From Botryllus schlosseri (Eukaryota), in the NCBI GenBank assembly GCA_051294905.1, contig CM119372.1, positions 18,540,001-18,604,000 on the forward strand: a stretch of 64,000 bases of DNA, given 5' to 3'. Positions 1 through 13,198 of this stretch are shown here, piece after piece. Each line of letters begins with the position of its first letter. Position 1 is the stretch's first letter. Below the pieces are notes generated by a model. It was not told the origin of the DNA, did not search any database, and saw only the letters and a program-made list of their open reading frames with translations. Made by a program: the position numbers and the translations under genes.

Positions 1-493
1 TTAGTTTTAATGATGCAGTAAAGATATGGAGTCAAGATTGACCCCGTACGCATGCAAGATTATGTTTCATCAGAAAACGATATCAATCTCATTGATTGGT
101 TGAATAAGAATCATTCGCTGACTACGTATTTCCCTCATGATGTTGTGTGATGGCGGGTCAAACTCACAACAGCGAGTCACTAAATATTCACAAACGGAAG
201 GATGGATATTTCGAGCAAACTTTTGTAACATAGCAAGTCAAACTTTTGAGATTATCAAGGTGCGTGCTCGTTTAGTGTTGATTTTTAATGCTGCCAGAAC
301 CATGCATAGAGTGGCGCGCAGTTGAAATGCAATAATTATGAACCAAAGATGTTATAATGAAATGAAAATTGTAATATATGAAAAAGGTTCACAGTGCAGA
401 ACCTACCAAGGTTCTGTTGTGAACGCGAACCTCTAAATGTCCGAGGTTCACACACAGAACGCGAACGTGAACCTCACGTTCACACCATCCCTA
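1..493. mobile_element. Terminal part of a TAGGGATG-ended hAT-type MITE, running off the window's left edge
   Basis: Ends in CACACCATCCCTA with GAACC/GTTCAC subterminal repeats. It is the reverse complement of 47757-~48240, which belongs to a complete copy with TIRs and a TSD. Confidence 0.75.
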
Positions 494-1611
494 TATACAC
501 ATATACATTATACATGTATCTGTACTAATACCCTGGAGTCTTGTCTATACCCGCGTGTTCAAGCAACTCTATTGTAGGCTACAATTAGTATACTATATGT
601 TGGTATATGGTGCAATCGAAGTAAATTTTTACTCTGCAGTAATTCGGTCAAGGTTCCACCTTGGTGTGCAGTATCCCGGACATTAGTCGGAATGATGGTC
701 ACCTACCTACCCCACTAAAATCAACGGTATAAATTTAGTACTACTCAAATTGGGCTGTAATTTCAACCTACAGATTCGGACCGGATTAGAAATCAATCTA
801 TAGGTCAGGGGTTCTTAACGGGGAGTACTTGTACGGCTTGAGGTATACGAAGAACCAAAGCACAGGGTACGATATGCAGTGCAAAATTTCTGAATAATCT
901 GTAACAAGTAACTGTTTTATCGCTGGACACAATGACTCGAATCCGAATTAAGTTTTAATTGTCCTACTCATCGGAGTGGCGTAATGAGAGTCAATTTTTT
1001 CGAATATACTGAATACACGCCTCTTTACAATATATGTTATATTGTCAACAGAATGATAGTTTCGATACTTATCACAGCATCCAAAATATAGGGTACAAAG
1101 CTACGCACCCATACGTGGAAAATACTTTGCTGTGAAATCGTAATCAGTCCACACCAATGTCAAAAAGTCTAGCGACATGGTATTATCTTTAATACGGCGC
1201 GGAACAGTCAATATTTTCTTTGTGGTTATAAAAAAGTCACGTATTTTAACTTTCTTCGCCGTTCTTACTGTTATGACGGCATAAGGCGTGATATTCGAAT
1301 ACTGAACTCAAAGCCCAATACTGGATTCGGGATGGAATCACTATAGGTACCCTAACCGTAAAAGTCAAGAAGGGTGGTTTTGTATTATGATTTCATAGTG
1401 CAGACCTCATTTCGACACGATCATTGACGATAATCGGCAACAAAAGGAAGTCATCAGTAAATTGAATGACCGATTATATTGGTGTGCTGTTGATGTCGTG
1501 AAACTTTCAAGACTGTTTTAGTGTATGCATTCAACATGTAAGTTATAAACACATTGAGTATAAATCATATTACTACAATTTAATGTTATTTACGACGGTT
1601 ATTGTCTAGAC

Positions 1612-1959
1612 CAGTGGCTCCCAACCTTTGCTACTCATCGCTCCCTTACCAATCTCGACGCACATTTTCGCCTCCCATATTTACAGATCCCAAAAGATAA
1701 CGTATAATCGGGAAATTTATTCACCTAACTCTGATTGCTGATGAATTTACTAAAAAATGTGGTATATGCTCGAAAACCCGGTTTCCGCGTCTACTTTCCG
1801 TTGAGTTGACCTATTTTTTCGCTTCGTATGCATTTTTACCGTGTTATTTGAATATGTCTCAATGGGCGTTCTAACATTATCGCCCCCCTCCCAGTCGCCT
1901 CCTTTGGTATTTTCGCCCCCCTTGTTTCTCAGAAGAATCGCTCACGTTGGGAAACACTG
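1612..1959. mobile_element. hAT (Buster/Charlie-like) MITE
   Basis: Termini CAGTGGCTCCCAAC...GTTGGGAAACACTG; flanks GTCTAGAC/GTCTAGGC. A related left end starts at ~60059. Confidence 0.7.
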
Positions 1960-2445
1960 GTCTAGGCGGGTTCGAGAACATTTCCAGAAAGCTCAAGGGT
2001 ATAGGGACGCTAAAATGTGAATATTGGGCAGTGTTTCTCAAGCTTTTTTCTTCATTCCCCACTTCTGATTTTGTCCGATTTTGCTCTCTCCAATAAAATT
2101 GGTAAGACTCTGGTCGTATCTTATTTTAACTTTATTCATTACGTTTTATCAAACTCCAAGTTCACCAGAGTTATATGCCGGAGGTCACTGACAAGCTATT
2201 TATTTTTTTGAGTGCACCCAATGTCCCATGACGCTAGACGATATGCATCAAAAATAGCCTTTTACTGCAATATAAAGCTTCTTGTGTCCCGGTAACCTGC
2301 AAAATGTTGCGAAAGCGTGTGCTAAACGTATTTGTAACCCCAATATTGGTTATCAAGAATTAAAAAAATGGTTTTTGTGCACAACTCGCCGTAAAATTAG
2401 CGAATCATACAGTCCAGAGTAGTAATTTGGTAATCGTAATCGTAG

Positions 2446-3815
2446 CAGTGTTGGGATCAAGTCACTACCTTCGAGTCACGAGTCATCTCGAGTCATCGCA
2501 CATTTTGACTCGAGTCAAGTCAAGTCATTCGATTTTCAAAGGTGACTCGAGTCAAGTCAAGTCAGTCGTGTTTTGGAGGTGACTCGAGTCAAGTCAAGTC
2601 AAGTCTAGTCAAGTCACGAGTCAAGTCACAATTCAAGTCAAATTGAATTTTCGAAGTATGAGTGATCATTTTAATCTATTATATTTTACTAGCTGTGTTA
2701 AAGAGATAAATTGGTCATTGATCTTGAATCAAATAACGAATATAAAGTTAAATATACATGCAAAAATGCGCTGTATCGCTCACGCACATGTAAAACTGCT
2801 AATAAAATACGTAAGTAACTCTTTAGCTACATCAGGGGTGTCAAACTTACGACCCGCGTAGAAATTCTGAGTATATGTTGAAAATTGCGTGATTTTATCC
2901 AACACATTTCTCGAATTTGTAGTAAGAAATACTATTAATAAATATTCCTTCAAGATAGAAAATTTCGAGTATGTTCATAGGTCACATTATAACAACCCGA
3001 CAGCGGAGTTGTGATTGTATCGTCAGGAGAAAATCGCTGACATTAACACCCAATTTCGAGAATGCGAAAAAGTGCATATATTGGGTTAACAGTTAGTACT
3101 ATTTTGGAATCATTTGACTGGTGCGGTCCGCGAGTGATCTGTATATTTGAATTCGACCCACGACGCCAGTTGAGTTTGACAACTCTGAGCTACATGCTAC
3201 ATTCTCTTATTATCATCCAAAATAGAGGATCGAATACGAAGCCTCGAGAAGATGAACGAAATTGATATCGTACAATACACTAGCCATCTATACACATCCG
3301 TGAGGATGTAAATGCATAAAATATATTCGTTCGATTTAAATCATACAAGAGGGTTGTTAAAGGTGAGCGCCGTGCAATGTAAGGACAGAGCCGTCCAATA
3401 AACAGCGATTCGTTGCTGTTAAATTAAACTGCTACTACGACAACGCAAGCTGCGATCATTTCGTATGCGTGCAGTGTATTTGTGATGTAACAAAGTAGTA
3501 TTAGTGAAACGTACAATCAGTGAATGACTGGTTGCTTGCTCTCAAAAGTTACAACGGCCTGTCGTGAATAATCCGAACATGCACAAAATACATTGATTTA
3601 GTCGACACCGTTTACTTGATGACTCGAAATTGACTCGTGAATTTTGCTCCGAGTCACGAGTCAATCCACATTTTTGAAGCGCCGAGTCAAGTCAAGTCAA
3701 GTCATTTTTGCAAAGTGACTCGAGTCAAGTCAAGTCATTCGAAAAAGTTGACTCGAGTCTGACTCGACTCGAGTCTGACTCGAGTCAAGTCATGACTCGA
3801 GTCATCCCAACACTG
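2446..3815. mobile_element. hAT-type MITE with (CTCGAGTCAAGT)n subterminal repeats
   Basis: TIR CAGTGTTGGGAT/ATCCCAACACTG; perfect 8-bp TSD AATCGTAG (2438-2445 and 3816-3823). A second copy lies at 37876-41888. Confidence 0.9.
2833..3187. mobile_element. Charlie-like hAT MITE nested in the 2446-3815 element
   Basis: Termini CAGGGGTGTCAAAC...GTTTGACAACTCTG; TSD AGCTACAT on both sides. Absent from the 37876 copy of the host element. Confidence 0.85.
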
Positions 3816-5299
3816 AATCGTAGTGCTATGCCCCCGTACATATGTATCTATATATTGTTTATTTTGCAAGTGCGTCTATTACCGACTATAGAACCCCCTG
3901 AAACACCCAGTAATGGGGAGTTCTCCACCGGTTGGGAAGCACTGATCTAGGGATTCGGGGCGGCTTTGGGATCGATAGACACGGCACCTTTCCACTTCTG
4001 ATATATTTATTCTTTTACTAGCTAAGTTTACAATGTCGTGTTGTACACAATTATGATGCGGGGGGTAGGAGAGTAATTAATTTTGATGCAAAATTTAGTT
4101 AATGCCAAAATATCATCCAAGACCAAAAGTAATTCTACTGGGTCAGAAAGGAACTGCATAGCCAAGTCACCGTAAGGTCTACTACAGTCTACACAATAGG
4201 AACTATTTGAAAAGGACCTGTGACTTATTTGTTTGCTGGCTTCTTCGCCTGATTTCAATCTTCGTATCAGATTAACGGCTCACATACTTGTCGTACATAT
4301 TATCACTACTGTCTGTAGGTGCATTTTATAGCATACCGCGACGAAGCATTGTTTATTCACACGACGAATAAATTTAATGACAGAAAGCTCCAAGGAGTGG
4401 AGCGAGGGTCGGAAGAGATTTTTGCATCATCATCAAGAAAAGTATTTGAAGCGTCTGACACAGTTTCGGGAGACATTGCTCAAGGAAAAAGATCTCGTGA
4501 AGCGCAGTTTGCCGAAGTCCTGCGAGAAAAGCACTGGTTTTTGGGAAGTGATCATGGCCGATTTGCAAGAGTCTTCGTCGAGTCATAATTTTCCGGGAAT
4601 GAAATCTCAGCGAGCGCATCATTCATCCGTTGGAGGGATGTTTAGCACAGATTTGAACAGGAGGTATATATATTTGACAACCGGTTGTACATTTTATAAG
4701 GTCTAGCTATAAGCCCAATACTAATTTCCAGTGGTGAACGGTATTTGTAAGGGGAACCTATTCGTATGCACCGCTGCTGCAACGCAATTGGGTTACGGGT
4801 TCGAATCCGACTGAGTGTTAGAGGAATGTCGAATCTCTTCACAGCCATCCCCCTAAGCGATCTCTTACCGAAGCCTTTAGCTAGAAAGAACATAGGCCGT
4901 GCTAATATATCGCAATATCGGCCTGGCATAAAATGACCATCGTGGATGTATTGGAACACAATGAATACTGACGAACAGAAACTTGCAGGGGCCACCTGGA
5001 ACGGTTGCGGCGCATACGAATTATGCAAACAAGGAGAAAGCTACCGCCTCAATTGGAACCGCTCCACGGAATCGGTTTGACGTCACGTCGGAGAACGGAA
5101 AACACTCCCGTCGCTCACGCGAAACCATTGCGTGTACAGCCTACTGCGTATCATGTCCGTTGGTTGCGCGGCAACAATCTCGTAACGCCGATGGCTGAAG
5201 AGGAAAGCGATGTCGGTGCATGGACGCTGAAGCAAATGAAGTAATGTTTCCGTTTTATATCTTTATCGCGGTGCATCGTAAACATACATGCTGGTGTTC

Positions 5300-5452
5300 A
5301 GGTGTGGCGAGATAGTGTTTAAATAAGTGGTGCGATCTACGTATGCAACAACATTGGATTGCGAGTTCGAGTCCGACCGAGGTCGACTCCAAAATTCCTA
5401 CCAAGTGTTGGATGTTTATCTAGGCTCCTCCTCGTCATATGATCCGCGTGTT
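5300..5452 (+). mobile_element. SINE-like dispersed repeat (family 2)
   Basis: B-box-like GTTCGAGTCC followed by AAGTGTTGGATGTTTATCTAGGCTCCTCCT. The same core recurs at ~46915-47005 (minus strand) and ~63270-63400. Confidence 0.55.
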
Positions 5453-6882
5453 AGTATATATAGCAGCCGAAGCACCATGAGTATACTTAAACAATAACAC
5501 CAATGTGCTGGTGTTGAGTCGGGCTGGGTTCAATTGTTCAAGTTGCATTGCCTTTACCCTAATTAGGATCGATTGTTAATTGCAATGATTCGATTCGAGT
5601 AGCGAGAGATCATTGTTTGAGTACTGAAATTAGGTACGCTTCTTTCCACTGCGATATAATTTATAAACAAGAGTTGTAATATCGCCCCGGAAGTCTTGTA
5701 ACGTCGGTTGGTCGTATCACAACATACGACACGTGTAGTGCAAAGCCATAAGCACGCTGAGGTAAATGACATTTCCGTGAAGCTGTAACATACCCACAAC
5801 CTATACAACATTGTTCAAAAGTGCAATGAAATAGGTATGGTAAACAAATACCATCCTATCTTTAATTCGATGTCGAATTGGCATTCTTTTCTTGGAGATC
5901 TCATAAATTAAGCTTTCCACATCATTGATATCCTTATGACGGTTTTATTCGAATACTCTACTCGAAGCCTCTACTCGGCCCAAGTCTTCATTACCGAAGT
6001 ATTTCTACATTTTCATAGTACTCAAGTCTTCTTTGCTTACTTGCACAATACGTTCTCAAGCGGTCATGATTTTAGACTATAGGCTATACTTCTACTCCTA
6101 TTTACGACTTTCATTTTGGGGGCAACCAAGGCCTAGAATAGTTACTATTTTACTTACCTGGAAATGGCTACTTCTACCTGGACTGCAGTACAAATCTACG
6201 ACGTTAATTCTACTTTTACAGGAGCAACAAGGATGGCTATTTTTACCGGTGTTAGTATGGATACTAGTTTCAAATCTGATTGTATTCTTTCCTAGTGTAC
6301 ATCCTATAATCCGCACCCTCCCCCAACAGTAAATAGAATAGTGGGTAAACCCTTCCATAAAAGCACAGTCCGAATTAGGGAGTTTTATATAGTTCGAAGT
6401 CTTCAATGGTAGTTTCTGAGTCGACGATTTGTCTTCGTGGCAAGCTGCATCTATAAAACACCTACATAGAATCTACAGAAAATCTGTTCTCTTCGCGAAC
6501 TTAGAATTAACCAAAAATCAAATTGTGGAATATGTACTCACTTCTATCCCTACAATCATACAAACTATATAAGGGTGTCTTTCATCCAGAGGTGTTCAAA
6601 GTAGTCTGCTCTGCTACTCAAGTAGAAGTAGAAGAAACGCCATCAATTTCTTATCCGAATTACAAGTAGAAGCGGCGATTTCCAAGACATGTCAAAACAA
6701 CATCCAGTGGAAGTAGAAACGGAAAGGTTTGTCAAGGAAGTAATGTCACATATTCGATTTGGTCGAGATGTCGCTCGCGTTCTGCAGTTAGTCGGGGGTG
6801 ACTTCTGGGTACTACAACCACAATGCAAAACGACTAATGGCACTACAAACTGGCACAATCTTTATATATATTTAGTTGACCG

Positions 6883-7299
6883 TAGGGTTGCATTTAAAAC
6901 AAAAATCAATTGAAAACAAACATGTCTAAAACAAGGCCCTAATTTAAAACATGTTTTTTTTATCTTTTTTTTGTTTTTTCAAGCCATGATGTCACGAATA
7001 TCCAGTTGTAACGTAATAATGGATTGAGATTGTCAATTGAAATTATAAGGTTAATATACCTCCTTTGGCGAAATATCTGTACTATAACTGTTGAACCGAC
7101 TATTTTGAGGGTTCCAACCACCCCCTATCGATATACGTCAGCTAAATCGAGTGGTAATCGTCCGTGGGCTCATACAACATGTTTTGTAGAAAGTATTTAC
7201 ACAATTATGGCATAATTTTACAACTTGAAAAAAAAAACTGTTTAAAACATGTTTTAAACAAAGTGTTTTAAACCACCGTTTGTTTTAAACGCAACCCTA
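6883..7299. mobile_element. hAT-type MITE (TAGGGTTGC termini, TTTAAAAC repeats)
   Basis: TIR TAGGGTTGC(A/G)TTTAAAAC; TSD GTTGACCG/GTTGACCA. An inverted homolog lies at ~62802-63224. Confidence 0.85.
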
Positions 7300-9010
7300 G
7301 TTGACCATGATGCCGGGGGAATTTCGCACGGTTTTTTATGAGAACTTCATTCATAAAAATGATGCAAACTTTGTACTAAGTATAGGTATAGTTTACCAGA
7401 AAATAAATGTTAAAGCTGAAGGAAAAATATAGTCAAAAACATAACCACATATAGGTGGTGTTGTAGGCAAAACCTACTTAGTACGAAAAAGTATAAGTAC
7501 TTCGTTGTTGACCACCTCTGCTTTCATCTGATGATTTCCTTGGAGGTACATGATTTGGAATTGCTTAATGTTGCTAATCAGCGGCGCTGCCTGAAGAAAT
7601 CACTTCCATGGATTGCAACCATGTATTTTCGCTTCATTATTTTTGTATATAGAGAACAGCTCGCAACAGTTCGCATTGGAAATGCGGACATGATAGCCCA
7701 CTGGGAAGTTCGCAAAACGATATTTTATAACCTCAACGATTACACCACGGAGACCAATCAATTTCACGAAACACAACTCCTACAATGTAGGGACAATGTA
7801 GAATGTAGATACAAGGGACTTCCTTGGTACTCAAAGTGTGACAATCGATGAAGCGGTAGGCTACAAATAATCACTTATTTTTGTTCGACCTCCTGTAATA
7901 TCATGTAACCCACTCTTATTTGGTTCAGACTGCTGGAAACCGAAATCGGCTACGAAAACGCATCTCATCATCTCTACAACGACGACGGAAAACGATGGCG
8001 CAAAACGCACCCGTCCGACGGAGGCAACATGAACCCGGAACATACGGTACCGGAAGATCGAACCCACAGCAACGCATCGCAGTCAGACTCTTCCACTCAT
8101 AGCCATCAAACCAAGGCACGCACACGCAGTAATAGGTCGATTATCTGTAATAGGCCGCCCGATTCCGATCAATCAATTCCGCCGCTGAAGATTGAATCCC
8201 TAACCCATCCAAGCCGCGAGTCGTCACACAGTGAATGCGCGACAGAAATCGTGTCGCACAACTCCTCCAACTCTTCGCCAGAATACACGGCAGAAAAGAA
8301 CTTGACCGACAACACCGTCCGAGCCAGCGCCGGCGCAAGCGAACGACCGAAATACGTTGACCGGGCGTGTTCTCCTGTCGGATTCAGACTGCCGCCTCTG
8401 GAAGCGAGCTCGAGAACCAGCGTGTCTAGCTCCGCCAACTCCAAGAGACAAATTATTGTCAAAGTTCCGGATGGCATCGAATGAAGAAGCATCGTCGACA
8501 CTTTTATTCGGGAAACATCAGAATTCTTTCTTTTCTGTAGGATTACGCAGCTTATTTGGTACCGTCCATGACAGTATTACAGAATCAGCGTGCATGTTCG
8601 TTCACGATGCTTTAAATCGGAATCGGGGTACATAAATATATAATCTTGTGCTTATACAGGAACAGAGTCAAATTACTTACTTTCTGGGTTTTAGATTTTG
8701 TGAAGTATATATATCGATAGTTTCGCATCATTTTCACGAATGGAGCCTGTATATGACGGTAGCCTATCAGTGTAATGGCACCTATTTTCATCGCCATTAC
8801 TCATTTTGCGGTGGTCGACGCATGCGACCTACAGAAAAGTCTGCGACGTCTCGTCCCAATCTATTTCTTCAAACGCAACACGTTTCCAATGACAATTTGC
8901 AATAACTATATACAGCGTTACTGCGTTGCCAGGATATAAGTGAAACCGCTTTTGCTAGGAAGCTCACTCGGCGAAGCATCGGATGTGGTATTATGAGTTA
9001 TGACGTAGGC

Positions 9011-10170
9011 CAGTGGTCGGGAACCTATGGCTCGCGAGCCATATATGGCTCTTTTGGGTATAAGATATGGCTCTTTGCCAAATATATATTTTTGTTCTGA
9101 ATTGATTAATATTGCAGCGACTTGTTGGTAAATTTTCATAACGGCCAAAACAGTTATTCTCGTGGCAGTATAAGCATGTCTTCGAGAGGTAATGACAATG
9201 CCTTCTTCAGGTTTAGGGGCTCGGACCCCCTCTCTTCAAAATAATGAAATTTAAGTTACAGTCACGCCGCCGGCCAATATCACTCGCGAATTCTATGCGC
9301 CAGTACCAGTATTTGTTTGTGTTATACTGGAGCCAAACCTCGGACCTCGCCTCCTGTTAATTGGCAGGCTATTGATTAGTTCTCTGATTGCGCTGTTTAT
9401 TTAGTTGCCTTATATAACGACTACTCGTGCTGTTAGGATGTCTCTTCAGTAATAAGCGTTCATCGTGTGTCGAGATCGTTTCGTGGTGCAACAGGGAGTA
9501 CAGGCTCTGTATCCTGGCGTGATGGCAGCAATGGGATTCGAACCCATGCCATTGAAATGACTGGTGATTCAAAGCTCCTGGCGATGTATCCGAATCGAAA
9601 TCTTGAATTGTGCGATACGTTGAATCAAAGAACATAGCAGGCTTTGCGACGCTCATTTCATAACGCAGTTCTCAAATTCACATTGTCTTCGTGTTCTACG
9701 GCGCGAAATGAACTGTTATGAATGTGGCATTATAACGATTACAAACTCGAATTACAAACAACGCCATAGCTATATCCACGTTCCACGTTCGCTACGTTAT
9801 ATGTAGTAACGGCGCCAAAATATATGCGTGTAGCGCAACGTTATGTCAGTATTTAGATTTTCGGAATCAGTGTGACAGTCACAGTTATAATAAATTCTAA
9901 GCTACATACGTTATCATTGGTGAGGCTTGGCGCGTCTGCGTCTTACCTCTCGTTTCGAGCTTTATTTTCGAACAATAAATACCAGTTTTTATAGAGAAAA
10001 TGTGGCGCACACGAGGAATCCCATGTAGTGAGTTCGAATTCGTGCTACCATGACGTCACGAATTCCAATCGTGACGTAACAGTTGATTGGAATGTATGGC
10101 TCTTTGAGAGTTGAGATGGAATAAACGGGGCCAATATGGCTCTTCGGGCGAAAAAGGTTCCCGACCACTG
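9011..10170. mobile_element. Buster/Charlie-like non-autonomous hAT
   Basis: TIR CAGTGGTCGGGAACCT/AGGTTCCCGACCACTG; perfect TSD ACGTAGGC; GGCTC subterminal repeats. A partial homolog lies at ~39995-41601. Confidence 0.9.
9523..9564 (-). pseudogene. tRNA-Leu-like 3' half fragment
   Basis: The minus strand reads CCAGTCATTTCAATGGCATGGGTTCGAATCCCATTGCTGCCA, i.e. a long variable arm, T-arm and acceptor end as in eukaryotic tRNA-Leu. The 5' half is not recognisable. Confidence 0.55.
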
Positions 10171-10402
10171 ACGTAGGCCTACACAAGAAAACGTTGCGCG
10201 AATTGGCAAATCATATAAATTGACTTGTAAAATCGTGACGTCATTGGGTTAGTCTGCCTTGGTTAAGAATTTATCAGGTTAGCAAACTTCGAAATTACGG
10301 AAGTAGGTACAAACAAGACACTGCATGCAGCCCATTTACGTATATAAAATACACATTACACAATATATGTATCAAGTATTTGTTGAAATATCTACATATT
10401 CT

Positions 10403-10832
10403 CAGTGGTGGCTTTTGGGGTGGGCGAGGTGGGTGGTCGCCCGGGGCCCCCCCTGGTCGAAGGAGCCCCCCTATTTGGATTTTGCGCTTTTTTCAAGGAG
10501 AATGACGAATAAACATGGAAATCCGTGCACCAAGCAAGAATATGATTCCGTACAGATGTGTCAATCATCATGAAATCACTGCATTAGTAAGAAAAGTCCC
10601 GTATCCCGATAATCATCACGTCTCTGCATGCGGTAGAATTACTTAGTTTTGATGTAGTCTATCCTTGCACACATGCAAAATAGACATGGCCGAATCCAGC
10701 ACCTGGGCAAACCTTTTGCGGTGGTGAAAGATAGATGATAATAAGCGATGCGGAAGGGGGTTACGGATAGATACTTATAGGGGCCCCCCGGTAAGTCTCG
10801 CCCAGGTCCCCCCGTTCGTAGGGCCACCACTG
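10403..10832. mobile_element. hAT-type MITE inserted at the stop codon of transporter copy 1
   Basis: TIR CAGTGGTGGC/GCCACCACTG; GGGCCCC subterminal motifs; TSD CATATTCT/CTTATTCT (one mismatch) overlapping the TAA at 10834-10836. Confidence 0.8.
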
Positions 10833-10833
10833 C

Positions 10834-11245
10834 TTATTCTACTACATGGCCTACGTCAGATCCTTCACTTACGCTGTGTTTATATCGTTTACTGATCGAA
10901 AAAATTTCGGATAGCTGTAGAGAAGACTTTGTGCGAATGGATAGCTGGATCTGTCGGTTTGTCCGTCGATAAGTTTCCGGGATGAGAAATAACCCGAACG
11001 GAATATAGGCAAAGCAAATTACGACATACGGAACATAGGCATACGCACCAAAGGAAGCGAACGAATATGGAAACACTGTTGAAGTAACCGCACCAATGAA
11101 CCAATAGATGCCGTTACAGTAGAATACCACTGTGGGACGCGTAGACGATGTGGTAAGCTCCGTAATTAAACTTTGCAAAGTCAGAATTGGTCCGACTACC
11201 AAACCAAACACCATTGTCACGAGGCCGCAAATTGCAAGGTAGCTC
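10834..11245 (-). CDS. Transporter copy 1, exon 5, 3' half (TM10-12 and C-terminal tail)
   Basis: Reads (M)SYLAICGLVTMVFGLVVGPILTL...LIPETYRR and is collinear with the last exon of copy 2. Confidence 0.85.
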
Positions 11246-13003
11246 ATCCAAGGCAAGGGTCGGCAACCTACGGCCCGCGGGCCGGATCCGGCCCGCCAAG
11301 CGAAATCGTCCGGCCCGCGACGAAATAATTAGTTACCACAAGAATACGGCCCGCCGTTTCGTAATGAGTTCCAATCTGCAGTGCAGCACTGCTTCGAAAA
11401 ATGTCAAAATTTATAATGTTTTCTTCCACTTACGGATGATGATTCCGGAGCATGTAATTCACGCACCTACTGGTCCGGGTTCGTCATATTCCGATTTTAG
11501 AATCAGGCTGCTGCGTGAGTCGCAGAATACCACTTTTTAAATGTTAATCACCTTAATAGCTCTCAGAGAAACGCAGAGATACCTCAAATGTTACTGGCGG
11601 TACTGAACTTGAATATTGCTCTCAGAACCACATTCACCACAGCAGAATCCATCACCTCAAAGATCCCCCGTGTACCCCCATCAATGAGTTAACGGCACAA
11701 TAACAAGCACAAAGAGTAGGCCTATCTATGCAATCCTAAAATATTAAATAAAATACCGCTAATTGTCTGTGTTTTGTATGATTTGATTTTCTCTTGTCAC
11801 TTTGTTATGACTACCGGAGTACCGGTACAGCTGTTAGCGATCCTTTTTATTATTGCATTGTTACGTCATATTTTGCCAATTTGGTTTTCGTATGTCCATA
11901 TTTCAGTAAGATCTTCTTGTGTCGCTAACTCCTGACAAGGCGCACACGAAAAGCCTTTGAGTCAATATGTTCCACTGTAATGAATGCAGACTCAAAAGCA
12001 ATAGTAAAGATAGGACTACCCCAATAAGCATTGCTTTGTCACGTATATTTCAAACACAAGAACAACGAAACATAGAGCACTTTAACTACAAGACGCTGTT
12101 CGGCATTCCAAGCAATATGCGTTCTTCTGATGTTTTCTGTGTCTTGGGCAAACCCGTCGGTTGCAAGTGTCACTGGCAAAACGGGTACATGCCTTGTTAC
12201 GTCGAGATGCTTGCACGAGTGTATGAACTGAGAAATGAAATAGCAACTTTCCTTGAAAATACAAACATCGCCGACTCATAATCTTGTCATCGAAAATGGG
12301 TATCTAATCTTGCTTTCGTAGAATATTTAACGTCACATCTAAACAAATTGAATTTGCAACTTCAGGGGGAAACAACTAAATAACCTCACTTTCCTATACT
12401 GGAGGAGAGTAAACCTAGTACCAGCACTATACATTTGTAACTGTGATATACCAAATTTAATTAATGAATTTCCATCCGCTTTTCCGACATTCGTTCTGTA
12501 CAAAATAAATTCTGACTACCCAGTACTCCGGTTAATGTGGGCGCCAATACCATTGCCAGAAAATTTCAAATGGGCCCATTTGAAATGCCATGCAGTTGAA
12601 TTGAATGACAAATTTCATACAAAAAGCATATCGCTGATTGACTTTGACAAAGAGTAAGTTCTTGAAATGGGTCTTCATCCCAGCTTGACCAACAATGCAA
12701 AAGAAATAGCATCGACTTTTGGTAGCACGTGCGCATGTGAACAATAGTTTTCAACAATGAAATTCACGAAGAGCAAGCTAAGATCACGTATCCCAACGCA
12801 CATTCAGAATATGGCCTGATTCTAACTTCATCTGACTTGTTACCAGAAGTTGAAAACCTTTCACAAAGCAAGCTGCGCCCTGTGTCACATTTATGCTGCG
12901 TTGTTGAAGTGTAAATACATGTGTTTTGCTCTGTTTGTGATTTGTATGATTGTGATTGCAGCATTGTAGGGTAATATACCGACGTGACCGTTAAATATAG
13001 TAT

Positions 13004-13155
13004 TGTAGCGGCTCTACAAGGCGCGTTCGTCGATCGTGTTGATTATTTGATTAGCAATTTGTGAATGCTTCCGCATCCCTTTCCAATGCATGCATGTTGA
13101 CGCGTAAACGCGTCAGTTACTCTTTTCGCTCGCAATAAACGGAGCTCTCGCTTCA
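13004..13155 (+). repeat. LTR 1 (152 bp)
   Basis: TGTAGCG...CGCTTCA with Inr-like TCAGTT at 13113 and AATAAA at 13134-13139; followed by the PBS. Confidence 0.95.
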
Positions 13156-13156
13156 T

Positions 13157-13170
13157 TGGTGACCCCGACG
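13157..13170 (+). promoter_or_regulatory. Primer binding site, tRNA-Trp type (repeated at 17124-17137)
   Basis: TGGTGACCCCGACG lies 1 nt after the LTR and matches the first 14 nt of the classical tRNA-Trp PBS (TGGTGACCCCGACGTGAT). Confidence 0.85.
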
Positions 13171-13198
13171 CACAGGAACGTATTCCTGTACTACGAGC

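Larger units (their letters stand above)
4319..8484 (+). other. Possible exons of an unrecognised or degenerate host gene
   Basis: Non-repetitive sequence with an acceptor-like CTGTAG at 4318 before ORF 4377-4706. An acceptor-like TTCAG at 7928 precedes a frame open from 7930 to 8484 (Ser-rich, ending KRQIIVKVPDGIE). I could not join these into one clean reading frame and recognised no domain. Confidence 0.3.

Noticed and set aside
2455..2645. CTCGAGTCAAGT arrays (also 3620-3805, 37900-38060 and 62570-62750) as a CRISPR array or satellite
   Set aside because: There are no constant-length repeats with unique spacers and no cas genes. They are subterminal motifs inside elements bounded by TIRs and TSDs.
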